A DNA stretch of 55,263 nt from Craspedostauros australis. Its lineage: Eukaryota. Below the pieces are notes generated by a model. It made no database searches and was not told where the DNA came from. It was given only the letters and a program-made list of their open reading frames with translations. Position numbers and translations under genes: made by a program. The DNA lies in contig JALAGF010004103.1 of NCBI GenBank assembly GCA_030167865.1, positions 1-55,263 on the forward strand, in the 5' to 3' direction. Positions 12,834-24,982 of the stretch are shown piece after piece. Every line of letters begins with the position of its first letter. Positions within the stretch are counted from its first letter, which is position 1.

Positions 12834-14987
12834 ATGCCCGTCACACGTCAAAGAAGCAAGTCCAACAGAGCAGCGAAGACTGCTGCTGTTGCAAATCCAT
12901 CGCCACGCGGCGCGAAGAAGCCGCTGAGCACAGCAGCAACGCATGAAATGCAGTGTGGTGAGCATCCAGCATCCGAGGCGTCATCATCCTCGACCGAATC
13001 TTGTGTGTCTTCCTCCGTCAAAGCTGAGGATCATGCTGCGGATACCATCTCACGGGACGAAAAACCGCACTCAAGCTTGCCGAAGCGCGTGCTGAGGCGG
13101 AGCACAAGATCTTCTGCTGCGCAGACACAGAAACAGACTCAGACCAGAAGCAAGTCGAAGCGCAATGCTGGAAACACGTCAAAAAGTAGCAGAATGGGAG
13201 ATGATGTCCAAACGAAGACGATAGCGACTCGCAAACGACCTGTTGCGAGAGCCGACGCAGAGCAATCTTGCCATCTTGACATCGAAGCTGCCGAAACGAC
13301 CTCGGCGCCCAACAAGCGCAAGAAGGTTGCATCACCCGTGTGTGAGGAGGAGAATGAATGCAACGATGACTCGTTCATGGAGACGGACTCCATTGAACGT
13401 GCCAAGCGAAAGCAAAGCAGTCAAAGATGGTTATCAACGCCGCAAGTGACACCCTCTCCTAGCACCCATCGCGCAACATTTGCGAAGCCATCCTTCAGCT
13501 ACGCAACACCCAAACGTCTCAATGTGCTTGAGGGATCCTCCACAAAGAGCCCGTCGGACGAAGGTGTTTGCAACGGGAAAACCTCAGGCATTCCGCTGAA
13601 TGTCGTCGATCTGTACCCGACCGATCACAACATCCGCACGACTTGTCGTCATTGCGGATCGCATGATTGGAGGGTCGATGATACCACTGCGGCCTTTCTC
13701 AAGAGCTACGGAAAGACCTTCTTTGATCGCTTGAAGGCCGTGGAGGAACCGATCCCGTTGCCATGGTACACCAACAGCGACAGCTCGTCAGCGTCGTCTT
13801 CGGCATCTTCGAAGCAGCAGGGATCCTCGCGACGCCTGAACCTGCGCGGTTCGCCGCACTCTTCGAAGTCGTCACTCTCGTCGAAATGCAGCCAAGGCAG
13901 CAGCGAACAGACCCCGATCCAAGGCAAGAACCTGCCAAAGGTCGACAAGGTGGTCATGGAACCCAGAGTTCCGACAGAAAGCTCCGTGGGATTCCCCAAC
14001 CAGCCAGATCTCACCCCCAAGATGAGAACGATTCTCATTGATTGGATCATCGAGCTGTCCGAGCATTTCCACTTCGAAGTCTCCACGCTGCACCTCGCAA
14101 TCTCCCTCATCGACAACGTCCTTGCCTGCTGCCCATTGGATGAGGATGATGACTACCACGATGGATTGCAGGGCAGACGAAGCACACCGACGTGCTCCTC
14201 AGCATCCTCGTCTGTGTCATCGTCACGCCAAGAGACGAAAAACGGCGGCAAGACCGGAAGCCCCGATGCCGAGTCACAGGCTGCAAGCGGCTCCGGATCG
14301 GCTGCTGATGGTGGATCGCCAGCGGAAGACCTCGAAAGCAAGACGGATTGCATGGTGATCTCTCGCGAACGCTTCCAGCTCCTTGGTGCCACTTGCACGT
14401 GGATCGCGTGCAAGATCGAGATGCGGGTGCCACCCAAGGTAGAGGACTTTGCGTACGTGTCGGACAACATCTACACCGTCCCCCAGATCAAGCGTATGGA
14501 ACGCCGCGTCTGCAAGGCTCTGGGCTTCTCCCTGTGCGTCCAGACACCGTTCCCCTACCTCTACGAATTCTTGCGCGCGAGCAACGAATGCCCAGATCCA
14601 GGCTGTCCCTGCTTGGAAACTCCCCATGTTTGGAACATGGCGATGTACCTGCTGGAGTTGGGACGCCTGCCATTCGCACCGGTCACGTACAAGCCCAGCA
14701 TGCTGGCCGCCACGGCCGTTTACCTCGCGCGCGTGACGTTGGGCATCCGTGCCAAGCCACACCTCATCTCGCCTGCTGTTGATCCCAACGGGTTCTGGAC
14801 GCCGACGTTGCAGCACTACACCGGATACACGAAGGCCGAGTTGAAGGAGACGGTGCTTGCCGTGCACCGGTATCAACTGGCCGCCGAGGAATCCAACCTC
14901 AAGGCCGTCTTTGCCAAGTACAAGATGCGCAAGTACCACCGCGCTGCCCTGAGAACTGTGCCATTCAAAGAGCAGCTAGGATTCTGA
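12834..14987 (+). CDS. A/B-type cyclin with long disordered N-terminus
   Basis: Cyclin box MRTILIDWIIEL..TLHLAISLIDNVL..FQLLGATCTWIACKIE..PKVEDFAYVSDNIYT..IKRMERRVCKALGFSL, plus Cyclin_C region (YKPSMLAATAVYLAR, WTPTLQHYTGY). An alternative in-frame ATG lies at 12765. Confidence 0.92.
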   Translation: MPVTRQRSKSNRAAKTAAVANPSPRGAKKPLSTAATHEMQCGEHPASEASSSSTESCVSSSVKAEDHAADTISRDEKPHSSLPKRVLRRSTRSSAAQTQKQTQTRSKSKRNAGNTSKSSRMGDDVQTKTIATRKRPVARADAEQSCHLDIEAAETTSAPNKRKKVASPVCEEENECNDDSFMETDSIERAKRKQSSQRWLSTPQVTPSPSTHRATFAKPSFSYATPKRLNVLEGSSTKSPSDEGVCNGKTSGIPLNVVDLYPTDHNIRTTCRHCGSHDWRVDDTTAAFLKSYGKTFFDRLKAVEEPIPLPWYTNSDSSSASSSASSKQQGSSRRLNLRGSPHSSKSSLSSKCSQGSSEQTPIQGKNLPKVDKVVMEPRVPTESSVGFPNQPDLTPKMRTILIDWIIELSEHFHFEVSTLHLAISLIDNVLACCPLDEDDDYHDGLQGRRSTPTCSSASSSVSSSRQETKNGGKTGSPDAESQAASGSGSAADGGSPAEDLESKTDCMVISRERFQLLGATCTWIACKIEMRVPPKVEDFAYVSDNIYTVPQIKRMERRVCKALGFSLCVQTPFPYLYEFLRASNECPDPGCPCLETPHVWNMAMYLLELGRLPFAPVTYKPSMLAATAVYLARVTLGIRAKPHLISPAVDPNGFWTPTLQHYTGYTKAELKETVLAVHRYQLAAEESNLKAVFAKYKMRKYHRAALRTVPFKEQLGF

Positions 14988-15595
14988 ATTGGTTTGATGG
15001 CAGCACCAGAAATGCGATCTCAACAAAGAGAGAGTCGTGTGGAGGGTTGCACCTGGAGGAGCTCGCAGGCGTGGAATCGCGTCATGAAGATGAAGCAAAC
15101 ACAAGTCCAGTACGTATGAGTATGGCAATAGCGACACAAATGCATTTCAACACGATGCCATCGAGTGGAGTGGAGTCAAAAGATGCAATGAACACAAATA
15201 CAAATACAACAATGAACTGACGATGATTGAATATGGTAGAGGAATGACGGAGAAAGCGACATGGATGACGAATCGGAGGACAGAAGAAGCGCAATAAGCT
15301 AAACAAACAAGAATAGCGGCAAGTGTGTGTTGTGGGAGAGTCGATGTCCCATTGCGTTGCAATTTGGTACAAACAACAGGCAATGGAGACGTTTCAACTG
15401 GATGGTATTTCGATGTTCTCATGATTTGTGTGTGTGTGTATGTGTGTGCAAAGTTGATGTTCCCTTTGTCCTTTTGGTTGTCATGAACGTGTGCGAGCAC
15501 CAATACTATTATTCGATTAGATCGTTCCACTCCAAGCATACAGGCACTCTCCAGGCTTGTTTACTCCACTCCACTCTGCTCCACCCTACTCTACT

Positions 15596-16927
15596 CTACT
15601 TTCTGAGCTTGAGGAGCAGGTTCTTGTTTCCCTTGATCTTCTTCTGGAGTTGCAACAGTCCGAACAGCAAGGCTTCGGCGGTTGGTGGGCAGCCAGGGAC
15701 GTAGATGTCGACGGGAACGATGCGATCGCATCCTCTGACGACGGAGTATGAGTAGTGGTAGTATCCGCCGCCGTTGGCGCATGATCCCATGGAGAGGACC
15801 CATCGTGGCTCCGGCATCTGGTCGTACACCTTGCGGAGCGCTGGTGCCATTTTGTTGGTGAGGGTTCCGGCGACGATCATGACATCGGACTGACGCGGGG
15901 AGGCACGGAAGACCATACCGAAGCGGTCCATGTCGTATCGGGAGGCGGCTGCGTGCATCATCTCCACGGCGCAGCATGCCAAACCGAAGGTCATGGGCCA
16001 CAGGGAACCCTTTCTGGCCCAGTTGACGAGCTCATCCACCTTCGACACAGTGTATTCGACATTGTCCTTCACCGGAACCTGGTCCAGCCAGCGAGACTCC
16101 AACTTTTCGACGTTGTCCAAGTGTCCAAGCTGCGTTTGTTCAATTTTGGTCAATTTTGGTCAATTACGTTCAGTCGAGTTGCGTTGGTTGCGTTTCGATC
16201 AGTTCAGTGCCGATGATTACGGCGCATTTCATTGTAGATCCGTCGCATGTGACCCCGTTCCGTCGTTTTTATCGTGTTCCATGAACAAAATGGTCAAAGC
16301 ATTGTTGCGCCAAGCAATTAAGACGCCAATGTGTGAATGCGGATGCACGTGCGGATGTCCATGGCCCATGGTCAAGGCCCACAACGTTTGCGTTTGAGTT
16401 TTCGTCGATGGTGGTGTTCATGTTGTGTTTCCGCGGATGCACCAAGCGCCAACGAAGAGGAAAGAAGGGAAGTGAAGCGGAACAGATCGGGATCGAATGG
16501 AATAGAATGGAGGTGGTGCAAGTGGAGTAGATTGATGAGATGCAGGAGCAACGAAAGAGGACAGAGTGGTCTACTCTATGTGCAGTATATCATATCGCAT
16601 CGAAGGGTGATCGGAACTGGCGGCGCCCATTCTGCTGGTGTGTGGTATGTGCAGTAGAATACGAGCAGGCAGCCTGAACCGACCAAGCCGTTTGTCGAAG
16701 GGCAGCACCTGCGTGAACCGCCCATTCCAGCTGCACCGCCCATGGCCAGCGGCGCTGCTCACAACTCGGGCAGTACCATTCTGCACCAGCAGCATCTGGC
16801 GAAATTCGCATCGACGTACCGCTGATGTCCTGGATTCGGCATCCCCAGACAGAGGTCTGAGAGCAACCTGCACGCAGGGCCTTGTTGCGGCTCTCGAGAT
16901 CAACGTGCGTGAAACGGTGGACAGCAT
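15596..16927 (-). CDS. NDUFS7: Mitochondrial complex I PSST subunit (NDUFS7/NuoB), 2 exons
   Basis: Exon 1 16927-16820 encodes an Arg/Ser-rich mitochondrial presequence; intron 16819-16130 (GTACGT...ACGCAG, phase 0); exon 2 16129-15596 has [26 protein letters not shown] and YVPGCPP motifs. Confidence 0.95.
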
Positions 16928-17744
16928 GATGCGACGGTGTGTGCTATTGTTGTGTGTGTGGATAACAAGACTGATGGGATGAAGAGGGTGCTGCGTGTGA
17001 ATGCTGATGGCCTGTTGATGTTCTTTCGTTGTGTCCTTCTTGCTCTTCCTGTCCTCCTCGGTCGTCTGTCTGTCTTGGTGTTGTTGTCGCTGTCGTCATC
17101 GACCCAAACGATCGCAGAATCTCCTGTTGCGTTCTGTGTTGGCGTTGGCGTTGTGGCTCTCGTTCCTCATCTTGTCGCGGTGGTCTTGTTGACGTTACTG
17201 GGCATTCCGCGTAATGTTTGTTGTGCGCATTTGTCTCTGCGTTGTCATCGCCAGGAGCGTCGGTCAGACGCTGGAAGGCATATCCGTGATTCGACTGGTG
17301 TGAGTACACCATGACATCTCAACGGGACTTCAATGAAGCGAGACAGAGTTCGTGTGTTGTGGATCTCATGGAGATGTTTGCCCCAGGAGCAGAGACATAG
17401 CAACATGTGCATGCCTTGCTTCGACTCATGGCACAATGCTACGACTCTCTCTCTCTCTCTCTGTCGCTAGAGAGAGAGAGAGACATGGATGCGAGCTATC
17501 CAAACATCAAGAAGGCAGGCGATGTCCACCATGATGAACTTAGACGGTGTACTAGCAATGAATAATCGACAATCAAACGCAGCAAGGTGCATTGTGGTTG
17601 TGCTCGTGATGATGTGCAAGGCGAGATCGGTCTTGGTAACAACGCATGCTCGATGTCTGGGGGGTCATTCGGATGCCCTGCACGTGGAAACGGGGGCGGG
17701 ATCGTCCAAGTGGGATGCATGCATGCGCAGTGCCAGTCGAAACG

Positions 17745-18224
17745 CTACATCATCGCCCATCCGACCTTCGCAAACAGATACAAGTACGTCACGTATCCAG
17801 GAACTGTGCTCAGCATCACCGCGAACCCTTGACTGAGCGCGATCGGGTAGTACATCCTGCTGATGGAATAGATGACGCAGATGGTGAAGGATTCCTGGCA
17901 GCCGCCGGGAACGAACAGCGCGTGAATCCAAAGCAAGGGCAGGAAGACGATCGCGAATTCCATGAAGTTCCCAACGGTGCGATCCCCCACCAGCGCCAGC
18001 AGATCCGTCTTGTTGTAGTACTTGACATCAGCCAGGGAGATCCGTTTCTTGTCGCCCTTGGCCTTGGCCTCCGCCCGCTTTTTCTTCACCAGATAGAACT
18101 TGCTGAACGATTGGAAAGGGATGAAGATGGCCAGATATATGGACAGGTAGAGCCATGTTCCTTGGACGGCCTTCGTGGTGGTATGGCAGCATGACAGCAT
18201 GACGGAGCGGAGGGGGGCATCCAT
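17745..18224 (-). CDS. MAPEG-family membrane protein
   Basis: 159 aa with about 4 hydrophobic helices, DRTVGNFME (R-x3-N-x2-E) and Y-x3-R-x2-Y motifs typical of MAPEG proteins. Confidence 0.7.
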   Translation of the reverse strand: MDAPLRSVMLSCCHTTTKAVQGTWLYLSIYLAIFIPFQSFSKFYLVKKKRAEAKAKGDKKRISLADVKYYNKTDLLALVGDRTVGNFMEFAIVFLPLLWIHALFVPGGCQESFTICVIYSISRMYYPIALSQGFAVMLSTVPGYVTYLYLFAKVGWAMM

Positions 18225-19370
18225 TTTGATGGGGCGATTTCGTAAATAGCAATTGCACCATTGTGTCGAATTGCGTCACGTCGTGTGTGGAGAATCGTGA
18301 GTACATACTCGTCCTTGTGCAATATGTTCAGTGATTTGTCATTTCGGGCACCTGCGCATCTCCAGAGAGAGAGAGAGAGAGAGAGTGTGTGTGCGTGCGT
18401 TGACCATCGATAACATGGTGGGCCTCGCTCCTCTTCCTCAGTCTCAGCAAGACGCTCAAGACGCCCACGACAACAAACCACTCACCCCTTTCAATTCATC
18501 CGGTGATGGGAATGTGTCGACGAACATCTTGTCACCTCGAGCAATGAGTCAAACTAATCTCCAGTTGTCTTGTTGCCTTGCTGCTTGTTGCCTTGTTGCT
18601 GTCCCTTTCCTTTGCGCTGCGCTGCGTCGTGATTGTGCTTGTGCCTGTCTCTCCTGCTTTGCATTGTGATCAGGCAGCGATGATGGGACAGCAAGGCCAC
18701 CGACGCTCGCGTGCCGTTCCCATCTCTCTTTGTTGCCGTTGCGGATGTTGTATCCGTTCCGTACAACTAGTCTTACCGATCCCTGCCCTTCCCTTTTGAC
18801 ACAGAATCAGCCCTCTCGTGATGGTCGCTATCCGAACCAACGGCCCTTCCTGTCATCGCAGGGACATCAGAACAAGACAGAACATGACAGACAGGGCACA
18901 ACTCTGTTTGGGTGCCATCAGCCTGTCAATCGTGTCTCTCGGCAACAAATGATTTTCCGAATTTATGCACGACTAGAAGATTGACAACAAGAACAACACC
19001 TGGAAGCAATCGGAGGGTTCATCCGAAAAATGATTCTTGGAAAGACTGCATTGGCCGCGATGTGACAAAAAGCATGTGTCTCCCTCTCCAACGGAAAACT
19101 CAACGCCATGAATCGGTGCGGCGTTCCTGTTTTTTGTCGAGGAAATTGTCCGCCGTTACTCACGCTGAACAGAATGTTGAGTCGGTTGGGCCCATCTGTT
19201 GATGCCGCCAGCTTTCCGTTGTTCTTGTTCATCTGTGGCTGCGCGGAAAAATCTGCTTCGATTCTCATAGAGCACACCTCACGGAATACGTTCGACCACC
19301 GCATCACCGACGATAGCAACCGCATCAGCAACTCCATCAGCAGGGCGCAGCAGAAACGCAACGCAACACG

Positions 19371-21589
19371 ATGCCGACCATGGAGGAAATGTTCGCGGGC
19401 GCCGCCGCTGCTGCACCGGAACCGATATCGCATCCATCGGCCATGATGGGAGGTTCTGTGACGCCAATGCTGCACTCGCACACGCACCCACATCTTCGCG
19501 CAGCTCTTTCGCACGCATCACACAGCCATGTGCATGGACCTGGAGGCGGACCTGGCTCTGCACCTGGACTTTCCGCAACGCCGTTGCATGGCCACGGGCA
19601 TGGTCACCCTCGTTCCCACCCGCACAGACAGGGACCGCCGCACCAACCAGCGCACCCGTCCTCCCTTTCCATCGCCATTCCTGAATCAGACAACTGCGCT
19701 GGATGCAACGCCACGGGAGTGTCGCTGCTAGCATGCGATGACTTCGAAGGCACTGGGGGACAACGGGCACGGTGAGTTCTATCACACTCCCAGCGAAGCC
19801 CAACATGAGCTCTGAGTCCTGAATGCAAGACGCCATCGAACTCGATCCGTCCAGTGCCAACCTAATCGTACATCTTATGAAGAATACCGTCCCATGCATG
19901 ATTGCATTCGCCTCTACCCTCCCGTACTCTACTCTATGAATTCTCGATTCTCACTCTCCTGCTGTCGTCCTATCTCGTACAACCATACTTCGCTGTACTA
20001 TTGTGCCGTGCGATGTATCACATTGGTGTGCTTGCAATGCAACGCAACGCAACGGCGCATGACATGAATGGTGAACAATCGATGGCGACCTTGTCCTTTG
20101 CAGATTCTGTCCCAATTGCATGATTGGAAAGAAGGTGCGAGTGTTCTGGCCCGTGAACAACAAGTGGTACATGGGAACAGTGGAGCAGTACTCCGGCACG
20201 ACGGGGGAGCACATGCTGCGATATGACGATGACGACACAGAGTGGGTCAAGATCGGCGAGAGCAACACCACAGCACCGCAGGAGGAGATTCCAGGCAGCA
20301 TCAGGCAGGGAGGTGACGCCCCACTGTCCAACAGGGACATCGCCAAGGGATCGTTGGGAACACCAAATGCTACTGGTCGTGCTGCCTCGCCCACCGAGAG
20401 CACGTCCAGGGGTGCACCATCGCCTGTCTCCCCATCCAACAGCCACCCATCAGGGCTGCGTGATAGTCCAACGACCACCTCGGGAGGTGTCCACCCATCC
20501 CATGTCTACTCGCACGAACAGCAGGGGGCTGTTCCTGTTGACGGCAAGTGGCAAACGGGCGCATCCAGACCGCCGCCCGGTTCTGGCATGCCATCGATGC
20601 ATCCTCCCGGTGCGTTTCCGCCGTACGTTGCTCCAAACAGCCACGGCATGTACCCGCCGCACGCGGGATATCGTCCACCACACCATCAGGGCTCTCCGTT
20701 TCCAGGATACCCTCCCCAACCATCTTTGTACGGTTATCCACCGAATGCAGCGCAGTACGGTATGGGGCCTGATCGCCATGCCAAGTCACCAGGATCGTCA
20801 AGTCCCACGTCCTCGGGCGCGGGCAGCAAACGGAAGAACGGTCCGAAGGCATGGACCAAGGAGGAGGACGCGTTGCTGCTGAACATCGTGCAGAGCATGC
20901 GCATGCCCATGAAGTGGTCGATCGTAGCACAGAGCCTGCCAGGTAGAACCGGCAAGCAATGCCGCGAGCGATACGTCAACCACCTCAATCCACGGCTCAA
21001 GGTCACCGACTGGAGCCCCATCGAGGACGCGACGATATTCCACCTGTACAACACGATCGGCAGTCACTGGGCGAAGATGTCAAAGATGATTCCTGGTCGA
21101 ACCGACAATGGCATCAAGAACCGCTTTCACAACCTCCGGCGGCAGCTGGAGCGCGAGGACGAGCACAGGCTACGGTTGAGCACCAACACGGACTTCCCCG
21201 AGGAGATTCGGATGGAGCGGCTCCGTGAGTTCCCGGACAGCCTGAAGGGACGAACGGCCGATCTTTGGGATATCAACTCCGGCATCGGGGTGCTAGCCGG
21301 GCAGAGTGTGCTGGTGGGGAGTTTGGCACGCAGCGCGGGTCGTTTCGGACCATTCCGACCAGCCGACGCTGGAGACACGTGCGTGAGATGCGGTTTCCTC
21401 GTCCCCAGCGTCCACACTGGCAACGAGCTCTGCACCAAGACGGGCTGGTGCCAGACTTGCGTGCGCATCCCTCCGCACGTCAGCGGGGCGATGCTGAGGG
21501 AATGCCTGAACCTTCGACGGTCTCAGGACAAAAAGCAACGGGAGGTGGTGGAATCCTGGGAGGATCCATACCGACAAACCAAGCAATAA
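19371..21589 (+). CDS. R2R3-Myb transcription factor with N-terminal Tudor-like domain and Cys clusters, 2 exons
   Basis: Exon 1 19371-19771, intron 19772-20103 (GTGAGT...TTGCAG, phase 2), exon 2 20104-21589. Myb repeats WTKEED..WSIVAQSLPGRTGKQCRERYVNHL and WSPIED..WAKMSKMIPGRTDNGIKNRF. Tudor-like IGKKVRVFWP..KWYMGTVEQY..HMLRYDDDDTEWV. About 628 aa. Confidence 0.9.
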
Positions 21590-23389
21590 CAGGTGAATCG
21601 AATACTTCATAAAGTAAGTAGAACGCACGTACGTATGCATAATGCAGATTGTAGTCCATGAAGAGAGCACGTGCAAGTAGCTGGGAGTGCGGTCCTTGGA
21701 CAGCAACATCGTCGTGCTAGTTCTTTTGTTTCAAAATGGCTTGGTTCGTGGCAGAGCCTTTGGCCCATCCTGTTCGCACGAGTTTTCGTACGTGCGTCAG
21801 CAGGTGAAGGAAGATGCCGAGGGCGTCATTTTTTGGTTGTCCGCGATCTCTCCCCTCCAAACAGTCTCCAAACCAAGGAAACCTCACAAACACAACTTGT
21901 GCAGACGCCTTTTGCATGCGATACAGACCATTTGCACCGCATTGACTCATTTCAGAGCAGCTCCCACCACTCGACGATGTCCACACTCAAGGGGGAGGAG
22001 GACTATTATCCCCAGCGATTTCAGCTGCAACAACCTCAACGTCGCATGTGCCGCATGCACGAATACTCTCTGTAGAGTACTCCAACAGAACGGGCACAAC
22101 CTCTCTCGTGCACAGCGGAGTGATGAGTGATGCGATGCGAGAATGCTCATCAATCAACGAGAGCAGTTCAGCATCTGTCACAGAACATTGCGTTCAGCCG
22201 TGGACACACATGAGCCGGTCTCGATCGTGTATACAGTGCCACGATGTTCCACCCGAGTGAGCTTCCGAGCGCAGCGCGTACAACACAATCGTGCCCGGCT
22301 CCACGCAAACGTCCATGCAGAAGTCTCTTTTCCAACACTGCCTCCGAGTTCATGCAACCATCAAGCGATAGAGAGATGGAGGGATGGAGAGATGGCGTGA
22401 TGGAGCAACGAAGTATGGTAAGGCTGCCAGAGCTATTCTATTCAACATTGCTCGCACCATAATAGAATCGTGCACAAGAGATGGGTGGTGTGCAAGTGAC
22501 AGATCTGCTTCAAACGTTGGCACGGAGATCATTCGCTTCCCTGTTACGATGCACAACACCCATCGACGGACAAGAATGGTCCAGGATCGACTCGTGGTCA
22601 ATTTGTTGTCAGATTTATTGTCTGGTGTTTCCTCTCGATTTGTCTCGTTTGTTGGTTTCATCTCATTTGTCTTCACCTGAACATCGAAAAACTACTCACA
22701 CCGTTGCCTCTCTCCCTATCTACCATCATCTGCGACGCCTGCCATCAACACCAACATCATCGTCACCCTCGCTTTCACCAACGAGCGCAACCAAACAATG
22801 TCAAACTTCTTGGCAATTGCATTGTTGCATGTTACATTTCGTATCTCCATCTCTGATGAATCCTTCATGATCATGGTGAGGTCAGTTGTCAATCGCTCAA
22901 TCCCCGCCTGAGCTCAAGATGAGATGCATACCATCTCCTTCATGAGATATATGGTCGAGGGATTCAGATTTATGGTTCCTTCGTGAGGACCATGCCAGGC
23001 CGCTGATCTTTGGGGTGACGATGGAGATGCGATACGCTCAACTAGGAGATGCAATGGTGAAATGGTGAAGCCATCAAGCTGCGAAGGTGAGAGCGATGGT
23101 ACGAGATATTACTCTTTGGTCTGATGATAATTGCATCTGATCTGAGGGTGCGATTGTCTTCATGTCTGCGGTAGGTTGTGGTAGGTTTGCGACGTCAATG
23201 GTTGCAGGAGTGCAATTGCGAGAGAGGTTACCTGCGAGCATGCCCACTGGTTTCAGGCAGTGTGTCGATGTCATGGAGCTCATCAACCAATTCTTCTCAT
23301 AAAATCAAAGTTTCTACACTTCAATTCAAGCCTTCACACAACCACAACCGATCAGTCAAACACCACCCTCGCCACCACAAAACATCAAC

Positions 23390-24139
23390 ATGAAGCTCGT
23401 TCTTTCTTCCGCCATCGCCGCTGCCCTCATGGGCATGATGTCAAGCGTCAACGCCGTCGACCTCATTTTGGAGGACTTCGGAAACCCTAGAAACGGCTGG
23501 GAAGCCGTCACCGACCAAGTCATTCCAGGAGGAGCTTCCACGGGCAAGTTCACACCAGCCAGAGGTTTCTCCAGCTTCAATGGCGAGGTCGAGGACCTGC
23601 CCCTCTTCCGTGGCCCTGGATTCTCCAAGATCCGCACCACGAGCGGTGGTCCGTTCCGTGACATCTCGTCATGCCAGGCCATCGAGGTCAACCTTCAAGC
23701 CCTGGGCCCGTCCAACGTATTCTACGTTTCTTTCAGCGACGTCCTCCCAAAATCGGCATCGCAAGTCCCATTCCAATGGCGTGCACCCGTCATCGTCAAG
23801 CAAGGCGCCCGACTCCCAATCCGTATCCCCCTCGATATGTTCAGCAGCTCCTGGGACCCCATGACCGGCCAGATCATCACCCCCTGCCGCAGAAACCGCA
23901 GCGTCTGCCCCACTCTCGAGGGGATGCAAAACATCAATATCCTTGAGTTCTGGGCCCAAGGCGCCAAGGGCAAGTTCGAGGTCTCTCTCGCGTCCATCAA
24001 GGCAATTGGATGTCGCGGAGACGTCGACATCGACCTCGACGTTGATATCGTCATGGACGGTGACGTGGACGGCGATGCGCACTTCGTCGCTCACAACGAA
24101 GAGCACGGCAGTGCCATCAACGACATCGACACGGTCTAA
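23390..24139 (+). CDS. Secreted CIA30/galactose-binding-like domain protein
   Basis: Signal peptide MKLVLSSAIAAALMGMMSSVNA; LEDF..WEAVTDQVIPGGASTGKF..FNGEV..PGFSKIRT resembles the CIA30 (NDUFAF1-like) pattern W-x3-D-x-V-x-GG-x-S; acidic tail. Confidence 0.7.
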   Translation: MKLVLSSAIAAALMGMMSSVNAVDLILEDFGNPRNGWEAVTDQVIPGGASTGKFTPARGFSSFNGEVEDLPLFRGPGFSKIRTTSGGPFRDISSCQAIEVNLQALGPSNVFYVSFSDVLPKSASQVPFQWRAPVIVKQGARLPIRIPLDMFSSSWDPMTGQIITPCRRNRSVCPTLEGMQNINILEFWAQGAKGKFEVSLASIKAIGCRGDVDIDLDVDIVMDGDVDGDAHFVAHNEEHGSAINDIDTV

Positions 24140-24429
24140 GCTGCCAACGGCGTTGCTTTTAGCTCGATGATCCGAAGCAGGGCTGCAAAGAGCAGCTCGC
24201 TGGTAGTATCAGTGCTACACCTCATTAGAGTTGCCCGGCCCTCTTCTTTGCATGAACGAAATACACGATGGACTCTTTCAACAAAACACAAATCACCAAG
24301 AAAAACAACATAAAAACTAGCAAACAAGAAAGAGTCAACTCTCGCGTACAGCAGAACAGTATGGAGCAGCAAAGTCTCTGGCGAGAGAGGAATGTTGCAA
24401 TAGGGTTGCTTCCTCGCCGTCTCTTTCTC

Positions 24430-24430
<1 letters not shown>

Positions 24431-24458
<28 letters not shown>
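24431..24458. repeat. (AG)14 microsatellite
   Basis: Read directly. Similar tracts occur near 18363 and 39671. Confidence 0.9.
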
Positions 24459-24462
<4 letters not shown>

Positions 24463-24982
24463 GTTAGTTGGAGAGCAGCAGATCAACACAACGCCCAGGT
24501 GCTCTCTAGCTTGCACACACTTGCGTGGAGTAGGTAAGCCTAGACTGGATTGGGTAGCGTCGCATTCACGCATTGAGTCCCATTTGACTCCCGAAACAAC
24601 ACGAAGGGTACCACGTTCACACGCCACACAGACAAGATACCCCAATCCAAAATTACGCGTGGAACAACAAGAACATCAACCACGAAATGTGTTGGATGGA
24701 GTTGCAATGGCAACAACAAACGCGGACACCCATGTTGTCGGCTGGCACACCACAAATTCAATCATCGATCCAACGATCTGTCGATTCATCACTCCATCGC
24801 CCCATTGGCATCAGTTGAGCTACTCAGAAACAACTTGAGCGAACTTGGCTTGAGCTGACTTGATCTTCGTCAATCACTTCCAACCAAACACCTTCGTTTT
24901 CTTTGGGCTTTCGTCCACCTCGATTGGTCTGCGAGTCCTCACACGCGACGAGGAGTGGAAGAATCAAGATCTTTGGCCAACC

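Noticed and set aside
17445-17483. (CT)9-spacer-(AG)7 hairpin
   Set aside because: Abutting microsatellites are common throughout this window; there is no evidence of a terminator or MITE.
2661-21589. HSF, bZIP, cyclin and Myb as a regulatory gene cluster
   Set aside because: These families are expanded in diatoms and interleaved with unrelated genes, so chance proximity is likely.
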